A stretch of 55,663 nt of DNA, filler included, from Jimgerdemannia flammicorona (Eukaryota): the NCBI GenBank assembly GCA_003990765.1. It is 3 parts of 3 records of this genome, joined end to end, with 100 filler letters (N's around TTAATTAATTAA, not from the genome) between each part and the next. Parts side by side here need not be neighbours in the genome. Positions count along the whole stretch, not along the records: positions 18,591 to 37,077 come from RBNJ01002201.1; 2 more parts are not named here. One strand, written 5' to 3'. The notes beneath the pieces are model-generated. The model did no database searches. It was not told the DNA's origin and worked only from the letters and a program-made list of their open reading frames with translations. Below, piece by piece: positions 22,305-35,331 of the stretch. Each line of letters begins with the position of its first letter. Within the stretch, counting starts at the first letter, position 1. The position numbers were made by a program, and so were the translations under genes.

Positions 22305-25300
22305 TGAATCTCTCACTTTCAAGCTGAAAAATGAACAACCCCCACAACAACTACCCTGACTACAAGAGTCACCCCTGCAAGAATTCAAGATAAGATGGAA
22401 ATGCATCTCCCCACATTCTATGGATATACTACTGAAGAGTCAATCCTGACCTTCATTGAAGACTTTGAACAATTCGCTGCTATATGAGCTCTTGGTGTGG
22501 ATGCTCAATTGGCCCTTCTACCAGTCAGCCTCAGAGGATCTGCCAGAGACAAGTTCAATGTAGCCACCATTGCTGATGCTGGTACAGCCAAACTTATCAA
22601 CATGAAGGCCTTCCTCAGAACAATATATTATACTAAAGAGATCAAGCAAGCTCTCAAGGATCAACTCAATACTATCTGCCAGAGACTTAGTGAAGATCCC
22701 AACTCATTCTATATCTGAATCTGCCACCAGATTGTCTTGGCTGGCTATGATGACCACCTCAAGGAACAAATAGCAGATTCAACCTTCCTCAAAGGAGTTC
22801 ACTCTGAAATTGTCTTAGCAATCTGGTCTACCCCAGCTGCACTGACCCTTGATTAGAAAGTGGTCTTTGTACAGAGATATTAGACTGCCAGACACCCTGC
22901 TAAACACTCAATAGAGAAAATAACTGGCATCAAGATGGAGCCATCAAAGCTAACTAGTATCATACCTACCACAGTTGTAAACAGACAACCAACCCCACCT
23001 ACCCCTAAGACAGCCAAAGCTGGCCTAGTGGAGGAACTTGTCAAGTCATTTGCTGAGATGACTATATACCTTGGTGATGTTGTTAAAGAAGTCCAAAGCA
23101 CCAACAGGAGACTAGTGCAGAGATTTGCAGCTGCTACAGAAGAATGCAATATCACATGCTTCAGATATAGAGAAGAAGGCCACTATGCAAAGAATTATAT
23201 AACTGAAACAAGATGCAAAGCCCAACTAAACAATGCTAGCAGAACCAGAGAATAAACCAATGCAGTAGTTAATGAGGAGATTGGTGACACTGATGATGAA
23301 GAATACTATGAGGAGCTTGAATTCTACCCTGCTACTGAAGGTACCAGAACCTGGTCCAAGCCCTATGACAAGAAGAGCAACAACAAGCCAGTTGGAAGAC
23401 CAAAGAAGACCCCAGCTGTCACTATTCAAAGCAAGACTCAACCCAAGGAGATTGATCAAGATATGGAGTTAGATGAAGCTGCCCACCAAATCATTAAAGG
23501 CACTACTCCAGTCTCAGGAGAAAGTGAAAGCAAGAAGGAACAGAAGCTGCACAAGATCAAGATCCACCAGTATGATATCTACAAAGACCTCAAGGAACAG
23601 AAGGTCAATACTATCTTTGGATAGCTAGCTGAAGTCTCTGCCTTCAGACAGCAGTTGAGAGTAGGACTTGCAACTACTGCTAAGAATCAAGAGTATAAGA
23701 TTGTAGAAGCTCACAATGCACAGGAAGAATTCGAGAACTCAGGTGAAGAATCTGAAGACCAGTGCAAGATATCAGCCTATACTCCATATCAGATCAAAGA
23801 CTGTATCTTTGATGCTATCATTGATACTGATGCTGGAGGATGCCTCATGAGCAAGAAGGCAATTGACCGCCTAGGCTGGGACATTGAAGAGTCCACCAAG
23901 ATGGCCTATGTCACAGCAGATGGTACATGAGCTACCCCCCTTGGCAAAATCCAAGAAGTCCCCATCAAGATAGGAGAAGCTACCATTCTAGTATATATGA
24001 TTGTCACAAGTGCTACCAACTATGATATCCTCATTGGCAACCAATGACTTCACAAGGCCAAGGCCATCATTGACCTCAATACTCAGAAGATGCAGATCAA
24101 CTATAGAGAAAGAAAGGTACAAGTCTTTATCAATGTCTACAAAGGAGTTCTACCAGACATGGAGGAAGGAGATGAAGAGGACACAGAGGTCTTCATGCAC
24201 TTGGTGAACAAGAATAAGAACAAGAACAAGAATAAGACACCCAAGCTCACAGATGAGCAGTGGTACAACAAGATTATCAATGGCTATGCCCCTCAAGGAA
24301 GATGCCCCCATGGTACTAGGATGTACTGCTCTGAACACCTGAATGACTGCTGGTCCTGTATCAGTGAAGTCAGAAAAATCTGCCAACAGAAACATGAGTG
24401 AGAATTCACCAAAGCAAAAAGGAAAGCCAAAGAAGATGACCAGCTCCCAGAGCTTCAAGCTGACAGTGATGATGAGGAGGAATAAGAATCAGACATCACT
24501 CTCAAGGTCAAGAAGTTTCACCCTGAAGCCAAGATCCCAGAATACAAGACTGAAGGAGCCATAGGAATAGATCTTGCCAACATTCAAGATACTACTCTCA
24601 AACCACAGACCACTACCCTACTTGGCACTGGAATTGGAGTCAAGTTGCCAGAGAACTATGCCAGAATTATCAAGACTAGGAGCAGTCTGGCCAAAAGCAA
24701 AATCTCAGTTGAAGGAGGAGTAATTGACTCTGATTACACTGGCAAGATCTTCCTCATAGTCAGAAATCACAACCACACCACCCCCTTTGAAGTCAAGAAG
24801 CATGATAGGATTGGTCAGATGCTGATCCACGAAATCAAGAAGCTCAAGATCATAGAAGTCATCAAACTCATCAAGACCAAGAGAGGAGAACAAGGCTTTG
24901 GATCTACTGAAAGAGGAGCCTATGCTACCACAAGAAAGACAAGAACCAGAACAAGCACACCTATACTATTGGAGAAAACTTTCCCCTGGAGGAACAACTT
25001 CTCAAGATTCTGTATCAGAATGAGGAAGTACTTGCTATAGACTTCAGGGATATCCACAATCAAGAACCCAAGTACTACTATGAAGTTGACACTGGTGATA
25101 CCAAGCCCATCTACCAGAAAGCCAGACCCATACCACCTGTCTACAGAGAATGGCTGCAAGCAGAACTCAAGGAAATGGAAGAAGCTAGAATCATCAAGCA
25201 AGCTATCAGCCTCTGGGCCTCACTCATTGTCCTTGCTCTGAAGAAAGAAAGCAAGTCTGGAGAGTTTGTACCAAGACTCTGTATTGACTACAGGAAGCTC

Positions 25301-27600
25301 AATGCCATTACAAAGAAGGATAGGCAGCCCTTGCCAAATATTCAAAAAATCCTTACCACTCTTAAAAGTAAAGCCAAATACTACACCACCTTGGATCTGT
25401 TCTCAGGCTTCCATCAGATTGATCTCACTCAAGATGCCAGTGAGAAATTAGCCTTCATCACACCTGATACCACCTATATCTACCTGCAAATACTATTTGG
25501 AATGTGCAATGCCCCAGCAAGTTTTCAGCGAATGATGAACAAAGTCTTCAGCAATGAGATTGGAAAATAGCTCTTTGTCTATGTTGATGATGTGATCATC
25601 TTCAGCAACACTGCACAGGAACATGTCAATCACATACAGCTAGTCCTCAAGAAGCTCAAGGAGAATGGCCTCTACATCAAGCCCAAGAAATGCAAGTTTG
25701 CAGCTCAAGAAATTGCCTACCTAGGACACCTCATCAATCAGACCAGAATCCACATAGACCCTATGAAGATTGAGACTATTGCAGCCTATCCAAGACCCAG
25801 AACAACTACAGAAGTCCATGCCTTCCTTGGACTGGCCAGCTACTACAGAAGATTCATCAAAGGATATTCCAACATTGCAACACCTATCTACGAGCTACTG
25901 AAGAAGGAAACAAAATTCGAATAGACCAAAGAGCACCAAGAAATCTTCAATGAACTCGAGACCAGATTGACCCAAGCACCTATCCTCAGAAGACCAGACT
26001 GGAACCTAGAATTCATCCTGCAGACAGATGCAAGTGCTATAGAACTTGGAGCAGTCCTAGCTCAGAAGAAAGATGGACATGAATATGTCATCTCCTATAC
26101 AAGCCAAGGTATCTGTGGAGTAGAACAGAACTACAAGTCATGCAAGCTTGAATACTTAGCAGTAGTTTGGGCAGTAGACAAGTTCCACTACTACCTAGCT
26201 AGAAAACACTTCACCATTCAAACAGATCACTCTGCTCTTGCCTGGTTATTCTACACTCTGAACCCCAAAGGAATATATACCAGATAGATCTATAGACTGC
26301 AAGTGTATGACTATACTGTCAAGCACCACTCAGGAAAGACCAATATCAATGCTGATGCACTCTCAAGGACACTCTGAAATACCCTCATCAAGACCATTCA
26401 ACATGAATAAGGAGCTATACTATGGATTAATCAGCTATCTTGGGCAGCAGAAGATATCCAACCACCTCGAACCTTGGACAATTACTATTATCAACTGGAC
26501 TTGGAAACAGTTTGAATTAGACAACACTATACTCAGAAAAGGAGGAAAGCTAGTAATACCCAAACATAAGAAGTATCAAGTAATAAAGGAAGTATATGAA
26601 CAAGGATACTTAGGAGGAACCAACACATATGACAAAGTAAGAAGAACTATATGGTGGCCCAAGATAGAAGAAGACCTGTGCCAATTTGTCAAAGGGTGTG
26701 ACAAGTGTTAAAAACAGAAACAAGATCAGTAAGACCAGGCACCCAGGTTATCAAGAATTGAGCCTATCCCCTTCCACCATATTATAATGAATATCATTGG
26801 ACCACTACCAGTAATACTATCAGGAAACTACTATATTATAGTTATTGTAGATCTCATCACCAAATGGATAGATGCAGGAGCATTACAAGAAGCCAATGCC
26901 CTCTCTATAGCTGACTTCCTGCACCGAGAAATCATCTGCTGCTACAAGACACCAAAGCAAATCACAACAGACTGCAGCACAAAATTTGTCAATGGATTCC
27001 ATGAGATAATATATCAGAAATACAAGATCCAGCACATCAAGACCACTACGTACCACCCTCAAGGAAATAGACAGACAGAGAGAACCAATAAGACCCTCAA
27101 GAACATCCTAGTGAAGATCTCAGAGACATATGAGAATTGGGATAACTATTTACCAACCACCCTCTCTGTCCTATGAGATATACAGTCACAGAGCATACAC
27201 TTTACCCCAAGAGAGCTGCTCTTCAGAGAAGAAGATTCTAATAGAACCTCAGCTACAAATCTAGACCTAACTTGGAGATAGGTTGATGCAGAAATCCAGA
27301 GACTATACCAAATCAGGAAGAAGGCTGAAGATTACATCACCAAGTCACAAGTATTGATAAGAAAGAATGTGGAAAAGAATCACAAGGCCCTAGAATCCAT
27401 CTGAATCAGAGAAAAAGTTCTACTGTATTGAAATATGGTAGAAGCCTCATGGTTGCGAAAACTGGAACCCAAATAGGAAGGACCCTTCTATGTGTAAGAT
27501 ATCAAGGGAACTACCTTCTGGCTTAGAAAAATCTCAGGGACCATACTGCCTACCACAGTACATAGGAACAGACTCAAGAAGTACTATGAACCTATATAAG
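22305..27600 (+). pseudogene. Family B gag-pol: Gag(CCHC)-PR-GRCPH module-dUTPase-RT-RNaseH-IN
   Basis: LPTFYG, CFR(Y)REEGHYAKN(Y), AIIDT(D)AGG, RLCIDYRKLN, YVDD at about 25579, LQTDAS, IIGPLP, YHPQGN-QTERTN, KLEPK-EGPF. Confidence 0.93.
24500..24912 (+). pseudogene. dut: dUTPase domain of family B (between PR and RT)
   Basis: GIDLA, TRSSLAKSKISVEGGVIDSDYTGKI, DRIGQML, RGEQGFGST. Confidence 0.93.
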
Positions 27601-27963
27601 AGAAGCAAAACATGATGACCACCTGCGAGGTTCTAGTCCACAAATCATAACAGCATGTCCTGTGATCAGCAGGCTATCTGTCTGGACCATTCTCTAAGGG
27701 ATACAGTACTGGCAACTACTCATCCATGAGACTTTCAAAGTCAGAGGAGTTCGAACCATCAACTGATTGGTCAAGATCAGAATCAGGCCCTTGCTCTATA
27801 TGAAGAGAGTGACCCTTCACCATCTTGCCAAAATATAAAGAGAAGATGTCAGCCTATAAATACGACTTTTCGACCCCTTGCCAGAGGTTATGGGATCAGC
27901 AAATTTTTCAAGACTAGACCAATGAATAAGGATGCTCAGAAAGATCCTTATTCAGGAGGAAGA

Positions 27964-29542
27964 TGTAACAGTGACCCCAGAATGATGACATCAGCACAGA
28001 AGACAGCCTTTCCTTACAAGCCACCAGATTGGAGCACAAGAAGATCATATGGCATGTGAGATGAGCAATGATGACCAACTGTAAGTCACTGTGACCATAG
28101 TATGGTATCTTGAGGAATATAAAAGAAGGATTAAGGAACTGCAGTAATAGCAACCAACAAGACCAATCCCAAAATAGCCCAAAGACTTATCACAAACAAA
28201 ATATCTGCTGCTTGCTAAATCTCAAGGTCAAGGAACCACCAAGGTATCTCAGTTGAAGAAAGGATGTTCCAAGACATCAGAAGAGCTATGAGGACCCACT
28301 CAAGAAGGACTCCTAGTGTCAACCTGGGTACTAGTGACCCTTATCATTATATCCTCTATCACCATGAAATGGAAACAAGGATTACTATTGCTACTGAATG
28401 CCTCCAAATGTAGCAGGAGTATGAAATAAGAAACCTCCTCTACCAGGAGTTTCTATAAGCCAGTACTCAAGAGCTATAAGATGTCATCTCTATGGATATA
28501 CATGAAATGAGGATAGCTAAGAAGATCCATCAGATCTTCAGGCAGGCACCATGGTTGATTCCCAACTTAGAGTATGTTAGAGTCTTAGATTTCAGAGATC
28601 TATCATCCTGCCATATCAATATACTAGAAGCCAGGGTGGCTACAGAAGCCCAGTCTACTATCACTCTCAATAGTGATGAAGTAGAAGACTTGTGGCACCC
28701 CATCCTTCAAGACAACCCAGACCAATTTCTGCAAGGATTGATCTCAGTATTCCAAGGCCCAAGTATCCAGGTTAGATCTCTCCAAGACTCCATATTTGTT
28801 TCTTATTTTGTGGAAGAGAACCTCATAGATTGGAGAGCCCCTGATTTCCCTGCCGCTGAATGTGATGACATCATCAGCAATGATATCATCCCACATGACT
28901 TTGACATATGCGAGATGTGCAACTTGTATGAGATACCTGAAGCATGCAAAGTATGTGAAATGTGTGACCTACATGATGAATTCACAGACCTCATCTTCTT
29001 CAAAGATATCCTGACCTCTAATGATGAGAATGAAGCCCCCATGGTCTTGAACATTCTGCTCTAAGTCTCTTATTATACTGGATAATGTCAGCACTAGTAT
29101 TCTGAGGTGACACAGAATTGTTCCAGTACTGATATTTTGATGTAATATTAAATAATACCAGCACTGGTATTTTGATGTGATACCAAATTATACCAGCATC
29201 CTGAATCTGTACAACCATCAGTACTAACCCTGGAACTTAGTAGTTTTAGTTATTGGAATTTATATTTAGCTTTATATCTTAGCAACCATTAAATTATATT
29301 TTATATAAATATCTCACTTATTTCCTCTGAAATAAAGTCAGTCTTCTTAGTACAATATATACACTTTCTTACAAGTAATCTAAGAGATAACAAGATAGTT
29401 AAAGATTAGAAGTTTGAGGACTATAAGACCTTGGGAAGGTACTCTAACAAGAACTTACTTATAACAAACTTGAGTTAGTCTAAGAGATACACCTTGAAGA
29501 GAATCTGATATATTTGAAGGACTCAGCAACTACTATGTGACA
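27964..29542 (+). repeat. Family B 3' LTR (1579 bp)
   Basis: TGTAACAG…GTGACA, direct repeat of 20697-22274. Confidence 0.95.
28201..29064 (+). pseudogene. Second copy of the family B LTR-internal ORF
   Basis: 864 nt, ATG mutated to ATA. The 190-aa C-terminal part is still open (28492-29064). Confidence 0.75.
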
Positions 29543-31189
29543 ATAGCTATTTGAGGGCTATATAGTCAGTTATCAGTATGAACCTTTTTCTGATAAGATA
29601 ATGCTTGAACAGAGTGACTGCTCATATAACTGTAAGACATTTCAATTTGGTACTACTATAGTTCATCTTCTGCTAATTGGTAGCTTGACTTATATAAGCT
29701 ATTATATAGTATTGTTGGTCAGGTCCTTTTTGGACTAGAACTGCTCTCAGGCCATCTTTGGAGATATCTGTATACAAGATGAATGGCTTCTATAGATTGG
29801 GGTATATAAGAATTAGTACTATGGTCATGTAGTTCTTGAGTTCTTTGAAGACTTTTTCTTATGATTCTGTCTATTTATAAGGTACTTTTTTCTTGAGAAG
29901 AATTCAGATTAAGGTAGCAATTTGGGTAAAGTTCTTGATAAACCTTCTGTAGTAAGACACTAACATCAGAAATAATAGAGTTTTCTTTAGGATCTTGGAT
30001 ACTAGTCAATTGTTGATCTTCTCAGTTTTCTTTGGGTCTGCATGAATTTCTTTTTTTGAAACTATGAATCCAAGAAATTCAAGTTTCTATTTTCCAAAGT
30101 AGTATTTCTTAGCATTGAGTCTCAGGTGGTTCTTGTGAGTGAGCTTAAAGAATTCTTCTAGATAGTGTAGGTGTTCTTCAAAATTTACTGAATAGATATT
30201 AGAATCATCTATGTATATATACAATTAGATAGTAGTGGATCAGGTGGGCATAAACTGAATTTATCATTTTTTGGAAGATGGGAGGTGCATTGTAAAGTTC
30301 AAAAGATATTTGGAGATATTCAAATAGTTTTTCTAGAGTAAGAAAGGCTGTCTTCTGAATGTCTTTGGGATCTATGGAGATCTCATGGAATTCTGCAAAA
30401 AGGTCTATACTGCTGAAGTATCTGGTATCTTATAGCTGATTCAAAAGATCATCAATTTTGAGCAAAGGATAGATGTTCTTTTTAGTTACTGAATTAAGTT
30501 TTCTGTAGTCTATGTAGAGTCTCCATTCTCCTTTCTTTGGTACTATAAGTATAGGGCTAGCCCAGGGGCTAGTTGAGGGTCAGATGACTCTATTGTCCAA
30601 GAACTCTTAAATGTGCTCTTTTTTGAATATCTTCAAGTGATGAGATATTTTATAGAGTTTCTATCAGATGGGTATTGTATTTTCTATATTTATACTATGG
30701 TGATATAATGGATTGTATAACCGGTTGCCATAGTCTGTAGTGAAGATATCTTGATATTTGTTAAGAGTTCTACTAGTTGCTATTACAGAGATGTCAATTC
30801 TTCACTGTCTTCTGGGTCACAGAGGGGCCTTTCCTTTCTTCTGGGACCTTTTGCTATTTTCTGATATGTTTAGCTCATAGATTCTCTGTGGGTTTGGTTG
30901 AGAAAGGATATTAAATGTTCTATGATAGTTCCTTTTGACAAGATGATGGTTTCCCAACTTTGGTTAGTTGTTCAGGAGTGTACTGGATTCATCTTATTAG
31001 GGAATATATATCCTTCTATATCCAGACTCAGGATATCTTCATTGGGCTCAAAGAAGAGATTTCTGGGGTCAGGTGGTGTAAAGATTTCGACAAAATGAGA
31101 TTCTTGTACAGTTTGACTAACTGGTGGTATACTTGCTGGAGAATATTCCTCTTGAGATGGTTGACTTGAAGAAGATGTACTTCCTTCTT

Positions 31190-31580
31190 ATCTGAGCTTC
31201 CAAATCCTTTGGCTTATCTTATTCCTTCAGTTATTTCAGAGATTTCTTACAGTTGTGGGGTCTTGACCTTCATGAAGACTGCTTGGGTAATCTTCTGTCT
31301 TCTTATAATTTGATGCTATTCTATACTACTATTGCATAGGATAACCTTGATTTCGCCTATATATTCTGAATCAATAGTTCCACCTTTTATAGTTATTTCT
31401 TATCTGGCAAGTCCAGACCTTGAGGTCAGTTGAATGTAAGTTCCTTGGGGTGGCTGCATGATTAGTCTAGTTCTGATCATCAGTGTTTTTCCAGACTTCA
31501 TGGGTTCATCATCCAGACTGTAGAGATCATACCCTATATCCTCTTAGTGAGCTTGATTGGGGGTTTGGCCTTGGGATGTA
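31190..31580 (-). pseudogene. dut: dUTPase domain of family A copy 2
   Basis: Reverse-complement homolog of 5237-5633. Confidence 0.88.
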
Positions 31581-34500
31581 GTAGAGCATATTGGGCAATA
31601 TCCTTACTGAGTTCAGGCTGTCCTTGAACTGAAGCTCTACTAGCAGAAAGTCTCCAGGTCTTAGGATTGAGGTGTAGCCATCTGGCTCCAGTAGAGGGAT
31701 CTCAGAGATAATTTATTTCTCTTTTTTCTATAGGGTCTAAGGCTTCCATGAAGTTGGTGGCATCTTTTACCCATTCTTAGTAGATTGCATATCTGATGAA
31801 AGCTAGGATGTTTTCTTCTAAATCATCGATCTTGAGAGTCCTTCTTTCTGGCTTCTTGGTCTAACTTTTTTAGATCTGGTCTCTATTATCTCCTCTCTTC
31901 AAGGTGTAGATTATAACATCATAACTGAGATGAATCTTCTGATGTCTGCAGTCTCAGCAGTCTGAGTGTCTTCTATGGTTGCAATATTCTATTGCTCAGA
32001 AATGCTGTTCCCAGTTATTGATCTCTTGTTATTTCAGGAATTAGTATCTATCTTGGTTATAAGTTGGGAGAAGAGTAGACAGAGGATATACTTCTGTTTA
32101 GGTAAAGAGACCTTATCCTCTAAATTGGCTTTGCAACTTAGTAGTAACTTCTTAGAAGGTAGTTGACTGTATAACTGTAGTTGGGAGTTCTAATCTTCAG
32201 GGTCTCTGTCTTTCTTATTGGTCCAGTAAATGGCACTAATAGCAGTAATCTCAGAGAGAGTGGAAGACTATTTGATGTGGATATCTTCCCAGTCAAAAGG
32301 CTCTTTCTTGATGAGTTTCTTGCTTTAAAATAATAGAGATTGTGCTGAGTCCTTCTTCAATATTCCAGGGGTCATTATCTTCAGGTAGTGTCCAATGAGG
32401 GTCATCCCAGGGAATGAGTTCAGAGACTTCTTCTTCTTTCAGTACTTTTTGTTTAGGAACCTCCTATTCAGGGGTTTCTTATTCCTCAGATAACTCTTGA
32501 CCCCAAATTACTTATACTTCTGCAGCTTTGGCTATAGGTGTCTCTGGAATATGTCTGTATTTCTTCTTCTTTCTTCTATACTCAGGGCAGACTATGCCAG
32601 ATGAATTCCTTGTCCCAATGATCTTGGAGGAGTGCTCAGGGCACTTATATCTCTTGTGGCAGGTGGGGCATCCTTTAATTTCTCCTACAATGGCTCCAAT
32701 GGTGATAGAGATAATATTCTTAGCCCACACATTGTCTTCTGGCCTATAATCCACTAGGTTGATTCAGAGGTTGAGTCTGGGATCATTTCTATCTTCAGAT
32801 TCTTCTTCCTCTTCTGTAGTAGACTCTTTACTGCTGGTATATTCTTCTTAAATAGTGATCTTCTTCTTCTTCTTCAATTGCTCATAGCTAGTTATCTTAA
32901 CTCTATACTTTTTGCCTCAGTAGTCAAACTTGAGTACTTGTTGATCAATATCAATAACTGCATTCATTTCCTTCATCCAGTTGGTACCAAGGATCATGTT
33001 ATAAGTGATAGCTTTAGTGACAATAGCTTTCAGAATAGAGAACTGAATATATCTGAGAGAGATAGTGATGTTTTATACTTTTCCAAAGAGTTGAGTTCAG
33101 GCTCCATCTGCTACTATAATGCTGAGATTGGATGGTCCATCAATGAGCCATTAGAGAATATTCAGGAATCATCTAGTAATAACACAGATAGCTACTCCTG
33201 TATCTATGAGAATTTTTACCTTTTGTCCTCTAATATCTTTATATAAATAGGCACTAATATGTATATCTCTCTATAGCCTGGATAGAGATGGGAGCTAGCT
33301 CTTGCTGTAGGATTGGAACTTGGCTGGTGCTAGACCTAGTGGTTCTCAGTAATTTGTTTTAGACTCCAGCTGGTATCAGTTGCAGGAATTATAGAAGAGA
33401 GACTTCTATCTTGACTTCTTGAATCTTCTACCAGGCTTCATTATAGATATATCTGGGTATGGTCTTTGGGATATACTTCTTCTTGGGCTTTAGGGCAGTA
33501 GGCTTTCATTCTTTTTGTTCTATTTCTTCATCCTCTGGGGGCAGCTCATTTGTCTTGGAAACAAAAGATGAGAGAATTTGGAGAGATGTTTCTACTTACT
33601 CCTCTTCATGTTCTTCCTCTTCTTTCTGAACAATTCTTCTGCTGATATTTCTGAATGGCCTTCCTATAGATCTCTTTCTTTTCTCTACTAGATAAACTGT
33701 CTTTTGGGTAGTGACTTTAGCTAGGTACAGGTCTAGATCACTGTAGTATTCACTGTTGTTTTTTTCTTTAAAATCTTCAATAGAATGGGCTTTAGTCTTC
33801 TTGTACTAGGTTTCATTCCTTCAGTTTGGTTGTTCTGAGTCCCTTTGGTCACTTCTGTTGTTACATTCAGTGGTATAGTGTCCAAATTGTCTACAGTAAA
33901 AGTATTGGACTTGGGCTCTATCTCAAACAGAATATCTTTTTTCTTCTTACTAGTAGTTTCTGTTATCTCTTAGTGAATAACCTTGGTTCCTCTATAGTGG
34001 GTATCCTCTGTTGTCTTGATAACTCTGATTTTCATATGTAGTAAGATTTTCAATCTGTCCAACCAATCAGTCCAACTTGGAACTAAGGTCTTGAATTTCA
34101 CTCTTATCCTTCTTTTCTTCTTTGGCTGGTCTTCTTTCTTTAGATCTCTCCTATCCTTAAAGGAGTCCTTATAGAGCTTTGACTAGGATGTCTTCTTTAT
34201 CATCCTTCTTGTCATAGTCACTCTAGGTAGTTCCTTGTCTGATATTAAAGAATCTATGGGCTATATATACTTACTCTTCAGACCTTCTGATACCTAGAGT
34301 ACAGATATGCTGGGCAATATTTAGGATAATTCTATTCATAAAGATCATTAGATCTATAATATCTTGATTGGTGGAATTGAACCTAACTATATGCATTCTT
34401 TTCTAAATTCTTGTGAAGAATGCTCTGGGCAATTCTCTAAGATTCATCTTCATCTCTATGATAGATTCTTGAACCTTATTGTGGGTTTCATTTCCTGTAT

Positions 34501-35312
34501 ATTTTTTGATGAACCAGTGGACTATGGCTACATATTCTAGCTCATAAGATGCTACTGCTTGTATTTGTGCTACCAGTTCTGAGTGTAAGTCATTTGCTGT
34601 TTAGTGAAAAATTCCTCTGACTGGTTCTCTGAACTGGGCCTTATAGATGGTGATTTTTTATTTGAGAGATTTCTCAGAGCTGCAATTACCTCAATTCTGT
34701 CAAGAAATTCTCTAGGATCTTTCTCTGGATATCCTACAAAGGTTGATAATGAGATGGTCATTTTATCATCACTTTCTTCTAATTCTAGTTCTGGTTCAGA
34801 TTCTGATTCAGATTTTGATTCTGATTTATTCTCTGAACTATTACTAGAGATGAGAGTGCTTAGGTATCTTGAGGATAGTGTTATGGATCTCAGATGAAGT
34901 AGAATGAGCCTAGGTATTCTTGAAGGAGCTACTTTTAGTTCTGTAAGGGCTGGTGGTAAAGGTTCAATAGGTGAGATTAGTGGGACTGCTGTGGGGTATC
35001 TAGTTGCAGGATTTTGGGCTTGTATAATAAGATCTTCTAGTTCTTGGATAAGTTCTTCAAAGTTTTCAACAGAGCTGTCTATGTTATCTGGTTAATCTGG
35101 TTGAGGATTTCAGGCTATACAGATTTTTGATTCTGGTTGGAATCCTTCTAATACTGGGTAGTTAGTAAGTCTTGAGGTGATTACTTCTCTTTCTGTCCAA
35201 ATACTGGTGATGACTAGTTCTTCTATAGTGACAGAGATTGGTATTATATCAAATATATCCAGTTTGACTGTGAGTTCTTATGAGCTGAAAAGTTATATCG
35301 ATTTTGAAATCT

Positions 35313-35329
35313 TCCCAATTGAGCCCCCA
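35313..35329 (-). promoter_or_regulatory. Family A primer binding site, tRNA-Pro type
   Basis: TGGGGGCTCAATTGGGA just inside the LTR end. TGGGGGCTC is the classic tRNA-Pro PBS start. Confidence 0.75.
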
Positions 35330-35331
35330 AA

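Larger units (their letters stand above)
20697..29542 (+). mobile_element. Ty3/Gypsy family B, full length (8846 bp), decayed
   Basis: TG…CA LTRs, 4-bp TSD ATAG (20693-20696 / 29543-29546), and the empty site matches A copy 1 near 7318-7328. PPT AGGAGGAAGA 27954-27963. Confidence 0.97.

Noticed and set aside
24207..24236. NKNKNKNK repeat as a functional motif
   Set aside because: A simple AAYAAG hexamer run in a linker, probably slippage or decayed D/E codons.
20697..29542. Dating insertions by LTR-LTR divergence
   Set aside because: Differences are essentially all directed C-to-T/G-to-A changes, so a neutral clock does not apply.
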